Shown: positions 19,693 to 30,859 of the stretch, one piece after another
How positions within the stretch are numbered: the stretch's first letter is position 1
How the letters are laid out: the number at the start of each line of letters is the position of its first letter
Notes under the pieces: model-generated
What the model was told of the DNA's origin: nothing
Seen by the model: the letters and a program-made list of their open reading frames with translations, nothing else
Databases searched by the model: none
Program-made: the position numbers and the translations under genes
Assembly (NCBI GenBank): GCA_963674865.2
Contig: CAXXYE010000004.1
Coordinates: 640,001 to 704,000 of the forward strand
Source: Candidatus Hydrogenedentota bacterium
Lineage (GTDB): Bacteria; Hydrogenedentota; Hydrogenedentia; Hydrogenedentales; SLHB01
Direction: 5' to 3'
DNA length: 64,000 bases

Positions 19693-19854
19693 TTAGTCTC
19701 CGAAAGCGGATTCGGTCAAGACCTCATTCATCGGTAAGGCGCCGCCTGATTCCCTCACGCCGACCTTCGGGAGAAGGATGACGACAGGGAGGGGATGCGA
19801 CCTGCGGATGGTATAGCCATGTGAGGGGGTCGAACTGCGTCAAATCGAAGTCAC
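19693..19854 (+). ncRNA. Putative structured RNA or long leader upstream of tRNA-Leu(TAG)
   Basis: Follows TTGAAA-18-TAGAGT; nested pairings end in a CCTTC-GGGA-GAAGG GNRA hairpin; no family recognised. Confidence 0.3.
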
Positions 19855-19939
<85 letters not shown>

Positions 19940-19957
19940 ACCATGAGAGTGCCGAAG

Positions 19958-21409
19958 ATGGCGGACAAGAATAAAGAAGACGACGTCAAGCAGCCGGAAA
20001 ATCAGAACGACGCGCCCGCGGCGGTAGCCGACGAGGAAGCCGCGGAAGAGGAGTTCAAGTTCGTCGAGGACCCCACGTTCTCGGTGGACTACAAAGGGGA
20101 TTGCGCCTACGAGGTAGGCGTATCGATTCCCGCGGCCAACACAAAGAAGAAAGCCGATGAACTCTTTGAGGAGCTGAAGCGCGAAGCGGAAGTCCCCGGT
20201 TTCCGTAAGGGCCGGGCGCCCAGGAAACTGGTCGAGCGCAAGTTCTCTAAGGCGGTTCGAGGCGAGGTCAAGAGCACGCTGGTGTCCGCGGCCTTCCGCA
20301 AGCTCGTGGATGACGAGGATCTCAAGCCGCTGTCGACACCGGATATCGACGGCCTCGACGAGAAAGCCGAACTCTCTGAGAGCGATCCCATGGCCTTCAC
20401 GCTCAAGTTCGAGGTGGCCCCCCGCGTCCAGCTTGGCGACTACCACGCCATCAAGGTTGAGCGCCCCGTTCTCAAAATCGCCGATGAGGAGGTCGACAAC
20501 GCCGTCAAGGAAATGCAGTCGCGCTTCGCTATCTTCGAGACCCTCGAAGGCGGCGTAGCTGCCGAAGGCGACCAGACCATTATCGACTTCAAAGGCACTA
20601 TCGATGGGGAGCCGTTCCAGGGCGGCTCGGCCGAAAACTACCCATATATCCTTGGCTCAAAGCGCTTCTTCCCGGAATTCGAGGAAGTGTTGCTGGGAAG
20701 TTCTTCGGGCGACGAACTCACCTGCGAGGTGACCTTCCCGGAGGATTACCACGGCGAGTCCGTGCGCGGGAAGAAAGCCCAATTCGCCATCAAGGTCAAT
20801 GAGGTCAAGCGGCGCAATATCCCTGAGCTTAACGACGAGTTGGCCAAGCAGGCAGGCTACGAGGGCGTCGACGACATGCGGGAGAAGGTCGAGAAGCGCC
20901 TTCGCGATGGCGCCGCCTCCCAGGGCAATCACATTGCCGAGACGCGCGCTCTTGACGCCCTTGTCGAAGCCAGCACCTTCGAGCTGCCGAAATCCATGCT
21001 TGAGGCCATGGCAAACGATGTGTACGAGTCCGAAGTGAACCGGCTCATGCAGATGCGCGCGCCCATGTCCGATATCACAGCGCGCGAAGATGAAATGCGC
21101 GAGAACGCCAAGACCTCGGCGGAGAACAATCTGAAGCGGCTGGTAGCGCTTCTGGAAGCCGGAAAGGCCGAAGGCGTCGAGGTCACCGAGCAGGACTTCG
21201 AGCAAGAGGCCGAAGCCATCTCGCAGAGAACCGGCATGGAACTCGACCTCGTCAGCACGTATTTAAGTCAAGGCGACCACCGGGGCGAGTATGAGGACCG
21301 CATCTTCCGCAACAAGGCCCTGAAGGCCGTCATGGCTCATGTCGCCGTTGAAGACAAGGAGGTCGAGAGCGCTGAACTCGAACAGCCCGATGAAACGGAG
21401 GAGTCCTAG
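19958..21409 (+). CDS. tig: Trigger factor
   Basis: [10 protein letters not shown] ribosome-binding motif, FKBP-like domain ([15 protein letters not shown]), synteny with clpP-clpX. Alternative ATG at 19943. Confidence 0.95.
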   Translation: MADKNKEDDVKQPENQNDAPAAVADEEAAEEEFKFVEDPTFSVDYKGDCAYEVGVSIPAANTKKKADELFEELKREAEVPGFRKGRAPRKLVERKFSKAVRGEVKSTLVSAAFRKLVDDEDLKPLSTPDIDGLDEKAELSESDPMAFTLKFEVAPRVQLGDYHAIKVERPVLKIADEEVDNAVKEMQSRFAIFETLEGGVAAEGDQTIIDFKGTIDGEPFQGGSAENYPYILGSKRFFPEFEEVLLGSSSGDELTCEVTFPEDYHGESVRGKKAQFAIKVNEVKRRNIPELNDELAKQAGYEGVDDMREKVEKRLRDGAASQGNHIAETRALDALVEASTFELPKSMLEAMANDVYESEVNRLMQMRAPMSDITAREDEMRENAKTSAENNLKRLVALLEAGKAEGVEVTEQDFEQEAEAISQRTGMELDLVSTYLSQGDHRGEYEDRIFRNKALKAVMAHVAVEDKEVESAELEQPDETEES

Positions 21410-21413
21410 CGTC

Positions 21414-21998
21414 ATGGACGTTCGAGGCGTCACCATTTACGAAGAGACCAGCCGGGGCGAACGGCCTTATGATATTTACTCGAAGCTCTTGGCCGACCGG
21501 ATCATCTTCCTCGGCATGCCCATTGATGACTACGTCGCCAACTACATCATCGCGCAGTTTCTCTTCCTCGAAGCGGACGATCCCGACAAAGATATCAGCC
21601 TCTACGTCAATTCGCCTGGCGGCAGCGTCACGGCCGGCCTAGCCATTTATGACACGATGCAACACATCAAGCCGGATATCGTTACCATCTGCCTCGGCCA
21701 GGCAGCCAGCATGGCCGCCGTGCTGATGGCGGCGGGCGCATCGGGAAAGCGCTACGCCTTGCCCTATTCCCGGTTCCTGCTTCATCAGCTCATGGGCGGC
21801 GTGCGAGGCCAGGCTTCGGACATCGAGATTCAGGCTCGGGAAATCGTCCGAATCGGCGAAATGATCGACGAGATCCTCGTCAAACACACCAAACAGCCCA
21901 TTGAGGTCATCCGGAAGGACAGCGACCGCGACTTCTTCATGGGTGCCGAGGAAGCCAAGACCTACGGCATCGTCGACGAGATCCTCCGGCGACCCTGA
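21414..21998 (+). CDS. clpP: ATP-dependent Clp protease proteolytic subunit
   Basis: [25 protein letters not shown] (Ser), LLHQ (His), DRDFFM (Asp). Confidence 0.97.
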   Translation: MDVRGVTIYEETSRGERPYDIYSKLLADRIIFLGMPIDDYVANYIIAQFLFLEADDPDKDISLYVNSPGGSVTAGLAIYDTMQHIKPDIVTICLGQAASMAAVLMAAGASGKRYALPYSRFLLHQLMGGVRGQASDIEIQAREIVRIGEMIDEILVKHTKQPIEVIRKDSDRDFFMGAEEAKTYGIVDEILRRP

Positions 21999-22174
21999 AT
22001 TACCGTAACTTATTCATTACTAAAAGCTTAGACGAGGCTACCCAAAGGGTTTCCCCCGAATGCGGCACCCACGCACTCGGGAACAAAGTGCCCCAATCGA
22101 TTTGACCCATACCCACGCTTCCAGGCAGAATAGAGGCAGACGGAAGCTACTGCGGGGCTCTGTCAGGAAAACTC

Positions 22175-22204
22175 TTGACAAAGACCCCCGAAAAGTGTTA
22201 TATA
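22175..22204 (+). promoter_or_regulatory. Probable clpX promoter embedded in an inverted repeat
   Basis: TTGACA at 22175, TG-T-TATATA at 22196-22204; GGGAGG RBS before ATG 22239. Confidence 0.55.
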
Positions 22205-22238
22205 TTGCAGGCCAGTTACTCGCAAATGGGAGGTGTTG

Positions 22239-23513
<1,275 letters not shown>

Positions 23514-23594
23514 ACAGAACGGGCGGCCTGGTCCTTAACGAGCTATAGAGTCTGTTTCAGGGTCTGTTTCAGGCGCAAGAGGGTCCTGGGGCAG

Positions 23595-23626
23595 TGCCGG
23601 GAGGGCAACTCCTCCCGGCATTTTTT
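23595..23626 (+). terminator. Intrinsic terminator between clpX and lon
   Basis: TGCCGGGAGG-GCAACT-CCTCCCGGCA perfect 10-bp stem plus T6. Confidence 0.8.
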
Positions 23627-23697
23627 GATATCGGCGGCCCCCCTTGGCCACCATAGTGCGCATCCCGACGTATATACTCTGCCTAGGAGGCAGTCTC

Positions 23698-26055
23698 ATG
23701 ACCGCACGAAAAAAGAACGATGACATTCAGGCCGACCGCCTGCCACTGCTGCCCCTGCGCGATGTGGTGGTGTTCCCGCACATGGTCGTGCCACTGCTCG
23801 TGGGCCGGCCGGCCTCCGTCGCCGCCGTCGAAGCCGCCGTCGCTTCGGAAGCCCCGCTACTGCTCGTGACACAGACCGACCCCGGCGTCGAGACCCCGGA
23901 GAAGCGTGACCTGCACGCCGTAGGCATCGCCGCCAACGTCCTCCAGACCCTTCGCATGCCCGACGGCACGCTCAAGGTCGTCGTCGAGGGACTGGCGCGG
24001 GGGCGCGTACTCCAGGTCCACCAGCGACACGCCTTCTTGGAAGCCGCCGCGAGCCCCGTCGACGATGTGCCTTCCCTGGGCGACGAAGCCGAGGCCCTCG
24101 TTCGCACTATCCTCAACCAATTTGAAGAATACGTCCGCCTCAGCCAGCGCATCGCCCCCGAAATCGTGACCTCACTGCGCAGCGTGTCCGACTCCGGCGC
24201 GCTGTCGGATATGGTAGCCGCCCATCTCGCCGTGCGCGTCGAAGAACGCCAAGAACTCCTCGAGACGGAGGAAATCCAGAAACGCCTCGAAGTCATCTCG
24301 GGCCTGCTCATGCGGGAAAATGAGCTGCTCGCCATCGAGCAGAAGGTGAGGGACCGCGTGCGCGACCAAGTCGAGCGCGGCCAGCGCGAGTTCTACCTTC
24401 AAGAGCAGCTCAAGGCGATTCACCAGGAACTCGGCAGTTTTCACGAAGGGGGCGATGAGTTCGCCGAACTTCGGGAGCAGGTCGACCGCGCCAGAATGCC
24501 CAGCGAGGCCAAGCATAAGGCCATCGAGGAGCTCGGCCGCTACACACGCACACCCGCCATGAGCCCCGAGGGGGCCGTCATTCGCACCTATCTCGAATGG
24601 CTTATCGAGATGCCCTGGCGGAAACGCACCCGTGATGCCATCGACCTAGACAAGGCCAAGGCGATCCTGGATGAAGACCACTACGGACTCGACAAGGTCA
24701 AGGAGCGCATCCTCGAGTTTCTGGCCGTGCGAAAACTCAGCAAGCGCGCCAAAGGCCCCATTCTGTGCCTGGTCGGCCCGCCGGGCGTCGGCAAGACCTC
24801 GCTGGGCCGCTCCATCGCCCGCGCCATGGGCCGCAAGTTCGTGCGCGTCTCGCTGGGCGGCGTACGCGATGAGGCCGAGGTGCGCGGCCATCGGCGCACG
24901 TACATCGGCTCGCTGCCGGGCCGAATCATCCAGGGCGTCCGCAAGGCCGGCGTCAGGAACCCGTTGTTCATGCTCGACGAAGTGGACAAGATGAACGCCG
25001 ATTTCCGCGGCGATCCGGCATCCGCCCTGCTCGAAGTGCTCGATCCCGAGCAGAACCACGCCTTCAGCGATCATTACCTCGAAGTCGAGTTCGACCTCCG
25101 CGAGGTCTTCTTCATCACCACCGCCAATACCGAGTACGACATTCCGCCCGCCCTCCACGACCGCATGGAGGTGGTCCGCCTCCCGGGATACACCGTGCTC
25201 GAAAAAGAGCGTATCGCCAACCTCTTCCTCATCCCCAAACAAAAGGCCGAGTGCGGCCTGACGGACAGCGATATCCGCTTCACAAAAGAGGCCCTTCAGA
25301 AGATCATCCGCCGCTACACGCAGGAGGCGGGCGTCCGCGAACTCGAGCGGAAGGTCGCGACCATCTGCCGGAAGGTCGCCCGAAAGGTCGTGTCCCGCCG
25401 CAAGACCACCTCTGTAAGGAAAACGGTGCTCAAGGTCGACGACGTGACGAAGTTCCTGGGGCCGGAGGAATACAGCGAACTGCGCGCCGAGGCCAAGCCG
25501 CAGGCCGGCGTCGCCGTGGGACTCGCCTGGACCTTTACCGGCGGCGACATCCTCTGCATCGAAACGAGCACGATGAAGGGCAAAGGCGAACTCACGCTTA
25601 CCGGCCAGCTCGGCGACGTGATGAAGGAATCGGCCCAGGCCGCTTACACCTACCTCCGCGCCCACGCCCAAGAACTCCGCATTTCAGGCCAGTTTCACAA
25701 GAGCCTCGACTTCCACGTCCACGTGCCCGAGGCGGCCATTCCCAAAGACGGCCCCTCGGCGGGCGTGCCACTGGCCGTGTCGATGCTCTCCGCCTTGCGC
25801 AATAAGCCGCCCAAGGCCCGCCTCGCCATGACGGGCGAGATCACCCTTCGCGGCCGCGTCCTGCCCGTCGGCGGCGTCAAGGAGAAGGTGATCGCCGCCC
25901 ACCGCGCCGGCATCCGCACCGTCGCCATGCCCCGCGAAAACGAGAAAGACCTGCTCGAAATCCCCAAAGAGGTCAAGCAGGCCGTCGAATTCGTGTTCAT
26001 CGACGACATCGGCGACGCCTTCCGCCTCGCCTTCTCGCGGAGCCGCGCCAAGTGA
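23698..26055 (+). CDS. lon: Lon protease
   Basis: [52 protein letters not shown]. Confidence 0.98.
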   Translation: MTARKKNDDIQADRLPLLPLRDVVVFPHMVVPLLVGRPASVAAVEAAVASEAPLLLVTQTDPGVETPEKRDLHAVGIAANVLQTLRMPDGTLKVVVEGLARGRVLQVHQRHAFLEAAASPVDDVPSLGDEAEALVRTILNQFEEYVRLSQRIAPEIVTSLRSVSDSGALSDMVAAHLAVRVEERQELLETEEIQKRLEVISGLLMRENELLAIEQKVRDRVRDQVERGQREFYLQEQLKAIHQELGSFHEGGDEFAELREQVDRARMPSEAKHKAIEELGRYTRTPAMSPEGAVIRTYLEWLIEMPWRKRTRDAIDLDKAKAILDEDHYGLDKVKERILEFLAVRKLSKRAKGPILCLVGPPGVGKTSLGRSIARAMGRKFVRVSLGGVRDEAEVRGHRRTYIGSLPGRIIQGVRKAGVRNPLFMLDEVDKMNADFRGDPASALLEVLDPEQNHAFSDHYLEVEFDLREVFFITTANTEYDIPPALHDRMEVVRLPGYTVLEKERIANLFLIPKQKAECGLTDSDIRFTKEALQKIIRRYTQEAGVRELERKVATICRKVARKVVSRRKTTSVRKTVLKVDDVTKFLGPEEYSELRAEAKPQAGVAVGLAWTFTGGDILCIETSTMKGKGELTLTGQLGDVMKESAQAAYTYLRAHAQELRISGQFHKSLDFHVHVPEAAIPKDGPSAGVPLAVSMLSALRNKPPKARLAMTGEITLRGRVLPVGGVKEKVIAAHRAGIRTVAMPRENEKDLLEIPKEVKQAVEFVFIDDIGDAFRLAFSRSRAK

Positions 26056-26636
26056 ATGTGCAGAACGCCGCGTTTCTTACCAGCGCCGCGCGCCCGAACC
26101 AGTTCCCGCGCGACAGGCGCCCCGAGGTCGCCTTTGTCGGCCGCTCCAACGTCGGGAAATCCACCCTCCTCAACGCCCTGTTGAACCGCAAGGGCCTCGC
26201 GAAAACCAGTAAAAAGCCCGGCAAGACGCGCCTGATCAACTTCTTCGACGTAGACGGCCGCCTCTACTTCGTCGATCTCCCCGGCTACGGCTTCGCGAAG
26301 GTGTCAAAGGCCATGCAGGCCGCGTGGAGCGAGCTTATTGGCGGCTACCTACGCGATCGCGAGCCGCTGCGCCTCGCCGTCCATCTCATCGACTCGCGCC
26401 ATCCCCCGACGCCGCGCGATCACGACCTGCTCGCCCTCCTCGAAGACGCCGAGGTGCCCACCCTCATCGTCACCACCAAGATCGACAAGCTCAGGCCGAA
26501 TCAGCGTAAACGCAGCCTCGCCACGCTACGCAGAGAACTCGGCCTCGAACCCGACGCCCTCGTCATTCCCTTCTCCGCCGTCACTGGCGAGGGCAAAGCC
26601 CCCCTCTGGAACACCATCCAAGAAACGGCACTGTAA
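26052..26636 (+). CDS. engB: Ribosome biogenesis GTPase EngB/YihA
   Basis: GRSNVGKS, PGKT, DLPGYG, TKIDK; follows lon. Confidence 0.95.
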   Translation: MNVQNAAFLTSAARPNQFPRDRRPEVAFVGRSNVGKSTLLNALLNRKGLAKTSKKPGKTRLINFFDVDGRLYFVDLPGYGFAKVSKAMQAAWSELIGGYLRDREPLRLAVHLIDSRHPPTPRDHDLLALLEDAEVPTLIVTTKIDKLRPNQRKRSLATLRRELGLEPDALVIPFSAVTGEGKAPLWNTIQETAL

Positions 26637-26673
26637 GCCTCCCCCGTAACCGTCTAAACAAAGCGCCCCCCGT

Positions 26674-27134
26674 TCTTGTGCTTCTTCGTGTTCTTCGTGG
26701 CCAGCATGAATACCTACCTTCGCTCGCCACAAGAAACACAAGAAGACACGAACAAGCGCCCAAGCATCCACCAACTGCATATGGGTGTACCGGGAGGGAC
26801 GGGCTCCCGCACGTCCGCAGTCGCGCGGTAGCGCGGCTCTCCCTCCGCATTTCTCAGCGGCCTCGGCGTTAGAACTCTTACCATCCACCGCCGTGGCCTC
26901 GCGTGAAGCAGAAAGGACGGCCCCTACGCAAGAAGACCCATATGTCTCTTTGTGTTTTTCGTGGCTAACAAGAATACCGGCCCCCTTTGCCACCAAGAAC
27001 ACAAGAAAACACGAAAAGACACACCGTAACTCTCGTGCCTGTGACGCGTGCAGAGACTACATACAGGTGTAAACGGCAGCCCGGGAGAGACGGGCCCCTG
27101 CACGTCCGCAGTCGCGCGGGAGCGCGGCCATCCC
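26674..27134. repeat. Mosaic of two alternating palindromic repeat types, each present twice
   Basis: TTCGTGGC...GCCAC-AAGAA type inverted repeats at about 26674-26752 and 26946-27019; CGGGAG.GACGGGC..C.GCACGTCCGCAGTCGCGCGG.AGCGCGGC at 26791 and 27082. Confidence 0.85.
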
Positions 27135-27199
27135 GCTCATTGCCTTGCACGAAAGGCAGGGAAAGAGGCTTTGGGCGGATCAGCATCCGCCCAAAGCCA

Positions 27200-28306
27200 T
27201 TACGATTCCTCAGGTGACGCAGTTGTCGCCGCAGGCGTCAGCGGCCCGAGTTCATTGAGGCGCCGGGCATAGTCAATGAGGGGGAACACCGTATCCATGG
27301 TTAGCTCGTGCGGGCCGGGGATGCCGTTGTCCTCAATAAAATGGGCATACTCACGCAGTAGGCCCGTTTGCGCCGGCTTCATATTGCGGCGCATCTCCGC
27401 GTCGGTGAGACAGCGATCAAGAATACTCCTGCAGGCGTAAGCAACGGCCTGACAATCCACCGGTAACACCCTGCCTGACACAGGAAGGCCGTTGGGAAGA
27501 CCGAGAGCTTCAGAGTCCAATGCCTCCTGGCGCACGTTGGCTTCGTACTCCTCTATCTTGCGCTCGGCGGCGCTTACAATGATAGTGAGGCTGCGTCCAT
27601 CCGGATCGAGTTGCGCCGCGAGAATCGGGACGGAGTCCTCGATATCCGCTTCGCGGCCCTCGCCATAATCCCGGCAGAACTGCGTAAGCGCATCGGCGAG
27701 CTCCTGTTTCTCCGCCGGCGACCCGTCTTCCGCGACGGCCATGAACCTCCTCACCCTCGGCTCGGCCGCATCACAAGCCAGGGACTCGTTGAAATCTCGC
27801 TCAAGAAGGATAGGAATCTGTGATGTGAGGCCTAACGCCCTGTGGGCCCAATGGCAATCCTCATCATGAATATGCCGGAGCGATTCCTCGAATGTTTCGC
27901 GCTGCGCCGTGTCCCAGTCGGCCTGCCACTTGGCGTAGCGCGTGGGATTCCGCTCCAAGTAGCCCGTGAACTTCTTGTACACTTGTGTATTCTCAACAAC
28001 TGTCCAGAAAGGGGAGGAGGGGAGAGCCTCGCCGCCTTCACCGTCGTCGAGTACTTTCGCCAAGAGCGATTGCATCGCTTTCGGCGCCTCAGGTACGGCA
28101 TCGGGCGACAAGACCGGCGCAGCCTCTTCAACCGGCGTCTTTTCTTCGACCGCCGGTGCCGGTGTCGCTATTGGGACGCCATCGCGCGGGCCCGAGCGCA
28201 TCATAACGCCACACACCGCGGCTATCACGCAGAGTAGTCCTATCAGAATCCCCCAAGCTCGAGCGGACAATCTAGACACGGCACGACCTCCTCCCGGCTC
28301 CGACAC
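27200..28306 (-). CDS. Membrane-anchored hypothetical protein, paralog of 53327-54370
   Basis: N-terminal TM, Pro/Glu/Ala linker, helical domain with long identical blocks to the paralog. Start uncertain. Confidence 0.8.
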   Translation of the reverse strand: MSEPGGGRAVSRLSARAWGILIGLLCVIAAVCGVMMRSGPRDGVPIATPAPAVEEKTPVEEAAPVLSPDAVPEAPKAMQSLLAKVLDDGEGGEALPSSPFWTVVENTQVYKKFTGYLERNPTRYAKWQADWDTAQRETFEESLRHIHDEDCHWAHRALGLTSQIPILLERDFNESLACDAAEPRVRRFMAVAEDGSPAEKQELADALTQFCRDYGEGREADIEDSVPILAAQLDPDGRSLTIIVSAAERKIEEYEANVRQEALDSEALGLPNGLPVSGRVLPVDCQAVAYACRSILDRCLTDAEMRRNMKPAQTGLLREYAHFIEDNGIPGPHELTMDTVFPLIDYARRLNELGPLTPAATTASPEES

Positions 28307-28590
28307 GATAACCTAAGGTGGCAAAAGACGCGCTATCGAAAACGACATAGACGCCCAATGCCTATCGCTTTCCCCACGCAGAGAACAGGAAACAGCATGG
28401 GTTTATCTATTATTACTGACGTAGTATATCATACGTTCACAGATAGGACCTTGGCGAATTGGACGCCATCTGCAGTTCTTGGCGTCCCGCCGGCGCCAAG
28501 CCGCCTGTCAGCTTCGTACCTTTGAGCCTTTGTGGTGTGAGAAGAGGCCACGCACTCCGACCCCGCCCCTTTTTCTTTCGCCCCCCGTCA

Positions 28591-28619
28591 TTGCAAACCG
28601 CCCCGCCCCTGCTTATACT
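28591..28619 (+). promoter_or_regulatory. Sigma70-type promoter
   Basis: TTGCAA-17 bp-TATACT, 31 bp upstream of ATG 28651. Confidence 0.7.
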
Positions 28620-28650
28620 GGCGTTGTTTGTTAGCGGGGAATCGAAGTTC

Positions 28651-29349
28651 ATGCACTCAGAAGACAGACTTATTCATTTTTCCATCGAGCTGATTCATCA
28701 GCCCGGGCCGCTCAAGGTGCCGGCGTTGCAGAAGCTCTACTACGATCTATCGCAAACGCGCGCCGCCTACGACAGCATCGACGTGTCGGCTCCCGGGCGG
28801 GGGAGGTTCTACTCTCGCCGCGGTAAGAAGACGCAGTCCCTTGCGGTGTTCCTGCCCGACCGCGTTGCCGTCATCGAGGAATGGCTCGATACCGCCTTGT
28901 CGGACTGCTTCACCAAGGTGCAGGAGATTATTCCCCGTGCGCTGGAGGCGTTGGAAGTCCCCGGCTTTGTCGCCCAGACCGCCACCTTGCGCTCGACCTT
29001 CGCGCTCACCCACTTCGATGATGCCCGCGTGTTTCTCATGGATCACGCCTGTCAGCAGGCCGAACGCATCGCCCCCCATTTCCAGCGCCCCGTCTCGGTG
29101 GGCGGCCTGCGCTTTGTCCTGCCCGAGACGCCCGAGCATCCCGGCAACCTCCACGTAAACATCGAGTCCTTTCGCTTCGACCCGAAGGAAGTCTTTGTCG
29201 AGGTCAAGGGCGTTTTCGGCAAGAAGCCTATCGGCCCCGATGACATCGACGACGCCATCGAAAACGTGCGGCTGGTGCGCGCGTTTATCAGCGATCACGT
29301 GTTTCCCTACCTCAACCAATACGATTCCCCTCAGGAGGGCGTCTTGTGA
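28651..29349 (+). CDS. Hypothetical cytoplasmic protein (232 aa)
   Basis: Typical GC3-rich coding pattern, promoter upstream, GTGA overlap with the GH51 gene. Confidence 0.8.
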   Translation: MHSEDRLIHFSIELIHQPGPLKVPALQKLYYDLSQTRAAYDSIDVSAPGRGRFYSRRGKKTQSLAVFLPDRVAVIEEWLDTALSDCFTKVQEIIPRALEALEVPGFVAQTATLRSTFALTHFDDARVFLMDHACQQAERIAPHFQRPVSVGGLRFVLPETPEHPGNLHVNIESFRFDPKEVFVEVKGVFGKKPIGPDDIDDAIENVRLVRAFISDHVFPYLNQYDSPQEGVL

Positions 29350-30842
29350 CTCAGGCCCGCATCCGCATCTGGCCGGACCTGCCCAAAGCCACTATTCATC
29401 CCAATATCTACGGCCACTTCGCCGAACACATCGGCCGCTGCACCTACGAAGGCATCTGGGTCGGCCCCAAATCGCGCATTCCCAACGAAGACGGCCTCCG
29501 GCTCGACGTGCTCGCGGCCCTCAAGCAGCTTCGCGCGCCCGTCATCCGCTGGCCCGGCGGCTGCTTCGCCGATGACTACCATTGGCGCGACGGCGTCGGC
29601 CCCGTCAAGGACCGCCCCACCACCGTGAACATTTGGTGGAAGCAGAGCGAGCCGAATACCTTCGGCACCGATGAGTTCATGCGCCTATGCCGCGCCGTCG
29701 GCGCGGCGCCTTACATCTGCGTGAACCTCGGCTCCGGCTCACCTCAAGAGGCCCGTGAGTGGCTCGAATACTGCAACTTCGCCGGCGACTCGACCCTCAC
29801 CCGGATGCGCGCCGCCAACGGCGCCAAGGCCCCCTACGACGTCACCTACTGGGGCGTGGGAAATGAGAACTGGGGCTGCGGAGGCCACTTCACCCCGCGC
29901 AGTTACGCCCACGAATACACGCGATTCGCCACCTACCTGCGCGCCCTCGGCGGCAAAGACATCCAGCTCATCGCCTGCGGCTGCAATCCCATCGATCCCC
30001 ACAATCCCCGGATCAGGCATTGGAATCACGATTTCTGCGAGGAAATGCGCCACACGAGCCTTCTCGACCACATCAGTATTCACCGGTATTTCCACCGAGG
30101 AACCGCCCAAGGCTTCTCCGACTCGGAGTTTCACGCCCTGTTCGGCGACCTCCTCACCATGGAGCGCGATATTCAGGAGGCCGATGCGCTCCTGAGCTAT
30201 TTCTATCCGGACAAGTTCATCGGCCTTATCATCGACGAGTGGGGGACGTGGCACCCCGCCGCCACCACGGAAAACGGCAACGAGCAGCCTTCCGCGCTAC
30301 GCGACGGCCTCTTCGCCGCGGCCGCCCTCAATCTGTTCAACCGCTACGCCCACCGCGTCACCATGACCAACATCGCCCAAACCATCAACGTGCTCCAATG
30401 CATCGCGGCCACGGCCGGCGCCAAGATGCATCTCACGCCGACGTACCACGTCTTTGACATGATGCGCCCCCACATGGGCGCCCGGCTGCTCACCCAGGAG
30501 GTTGAGTCGCCCGGCTTCGAGACGCATCCCGTCGGCCTCAAGCAGAAACACGCCGTGCCTTACCTGAACGTCAGCGCCTCCTTGTCCGGCAAAAAGGTTT
30601 TCCTGACGGTTGTCAATCAAAGCATCGATCAGGACGTCGAGGCTACGCTCGAGCTGCGGGGGGCCTCCCCGGCCAACATCAGCGGCAAAGTTCTTCATGC
30701 GGAGGATCCGCGAGCCGTCAATACCTATGACACTCCCAAGAACGTCGCTCCAAAACGACTGAAACTGGGGGAGGTGAAGAAAGCCATCGTCCATACCTTT
30801 CCGGCTCATTCCTTCACGACCCTCACGGCTACCATGGCGTAG
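29346..30842 (+). CDS. Alpha-L-arabinofuranosidase (GH51)
   Basis: IYGHFAEHIGRC, RWPGGCFAD, WGVGNENWGCGG, IIDEWGTW, NIAQTINVLQ. Confidence 0.95.
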   Translation: MTQARIRIWPDLPKATIHPNIYGHFAEHIGRCTYEGIWVGPKSRIPNEDGLRLDVLAALKQLRAPVIRWPGGCFADDYHWRDGVGPVKDRPTTVNIWWKQSEPNTFGTDEFMRLCRAVGAAPYICVNLGSGSPQEAREWLEYCNFAGDSTLTRMRAANGAKAPYDVTYWGVGNENWGCGGHFTPRSYAHEYTRFATYLRALGGKDIQLIACGCNPIDPHNPRIRHWNHDFCEEMRHTSLLDHISIHRYFHRGTAQGFSDSEFHALFGDLLTMERDIQEADALLSYFYPDKFIGLIIDEWGTWHPAATTENGNEQPSALRDGLFAAAALNLFNRYAHRVTMTNIAQTINVLQCIAATAGAKMHLTPTYHVFDMMRPHMGARLLTQEVESPGFETHPVGLKQKHAVPYLNVSASLSGKKVFLTVVNQSIDQDVEATLELRGASPANISGKVLHAEDPRAVNTYDTPKNVAPKRLKLGEVKKAIVHTFPAHSFTTLTATMA

Positions 30843-30859
30843 GCTTCAGGTAGGCCCCT

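Noticed and set aside
26526..27272. Short ORFs across the mosaic repeat region
   Set aside because: They are translations of palindromic repeats with no coding-like composition.
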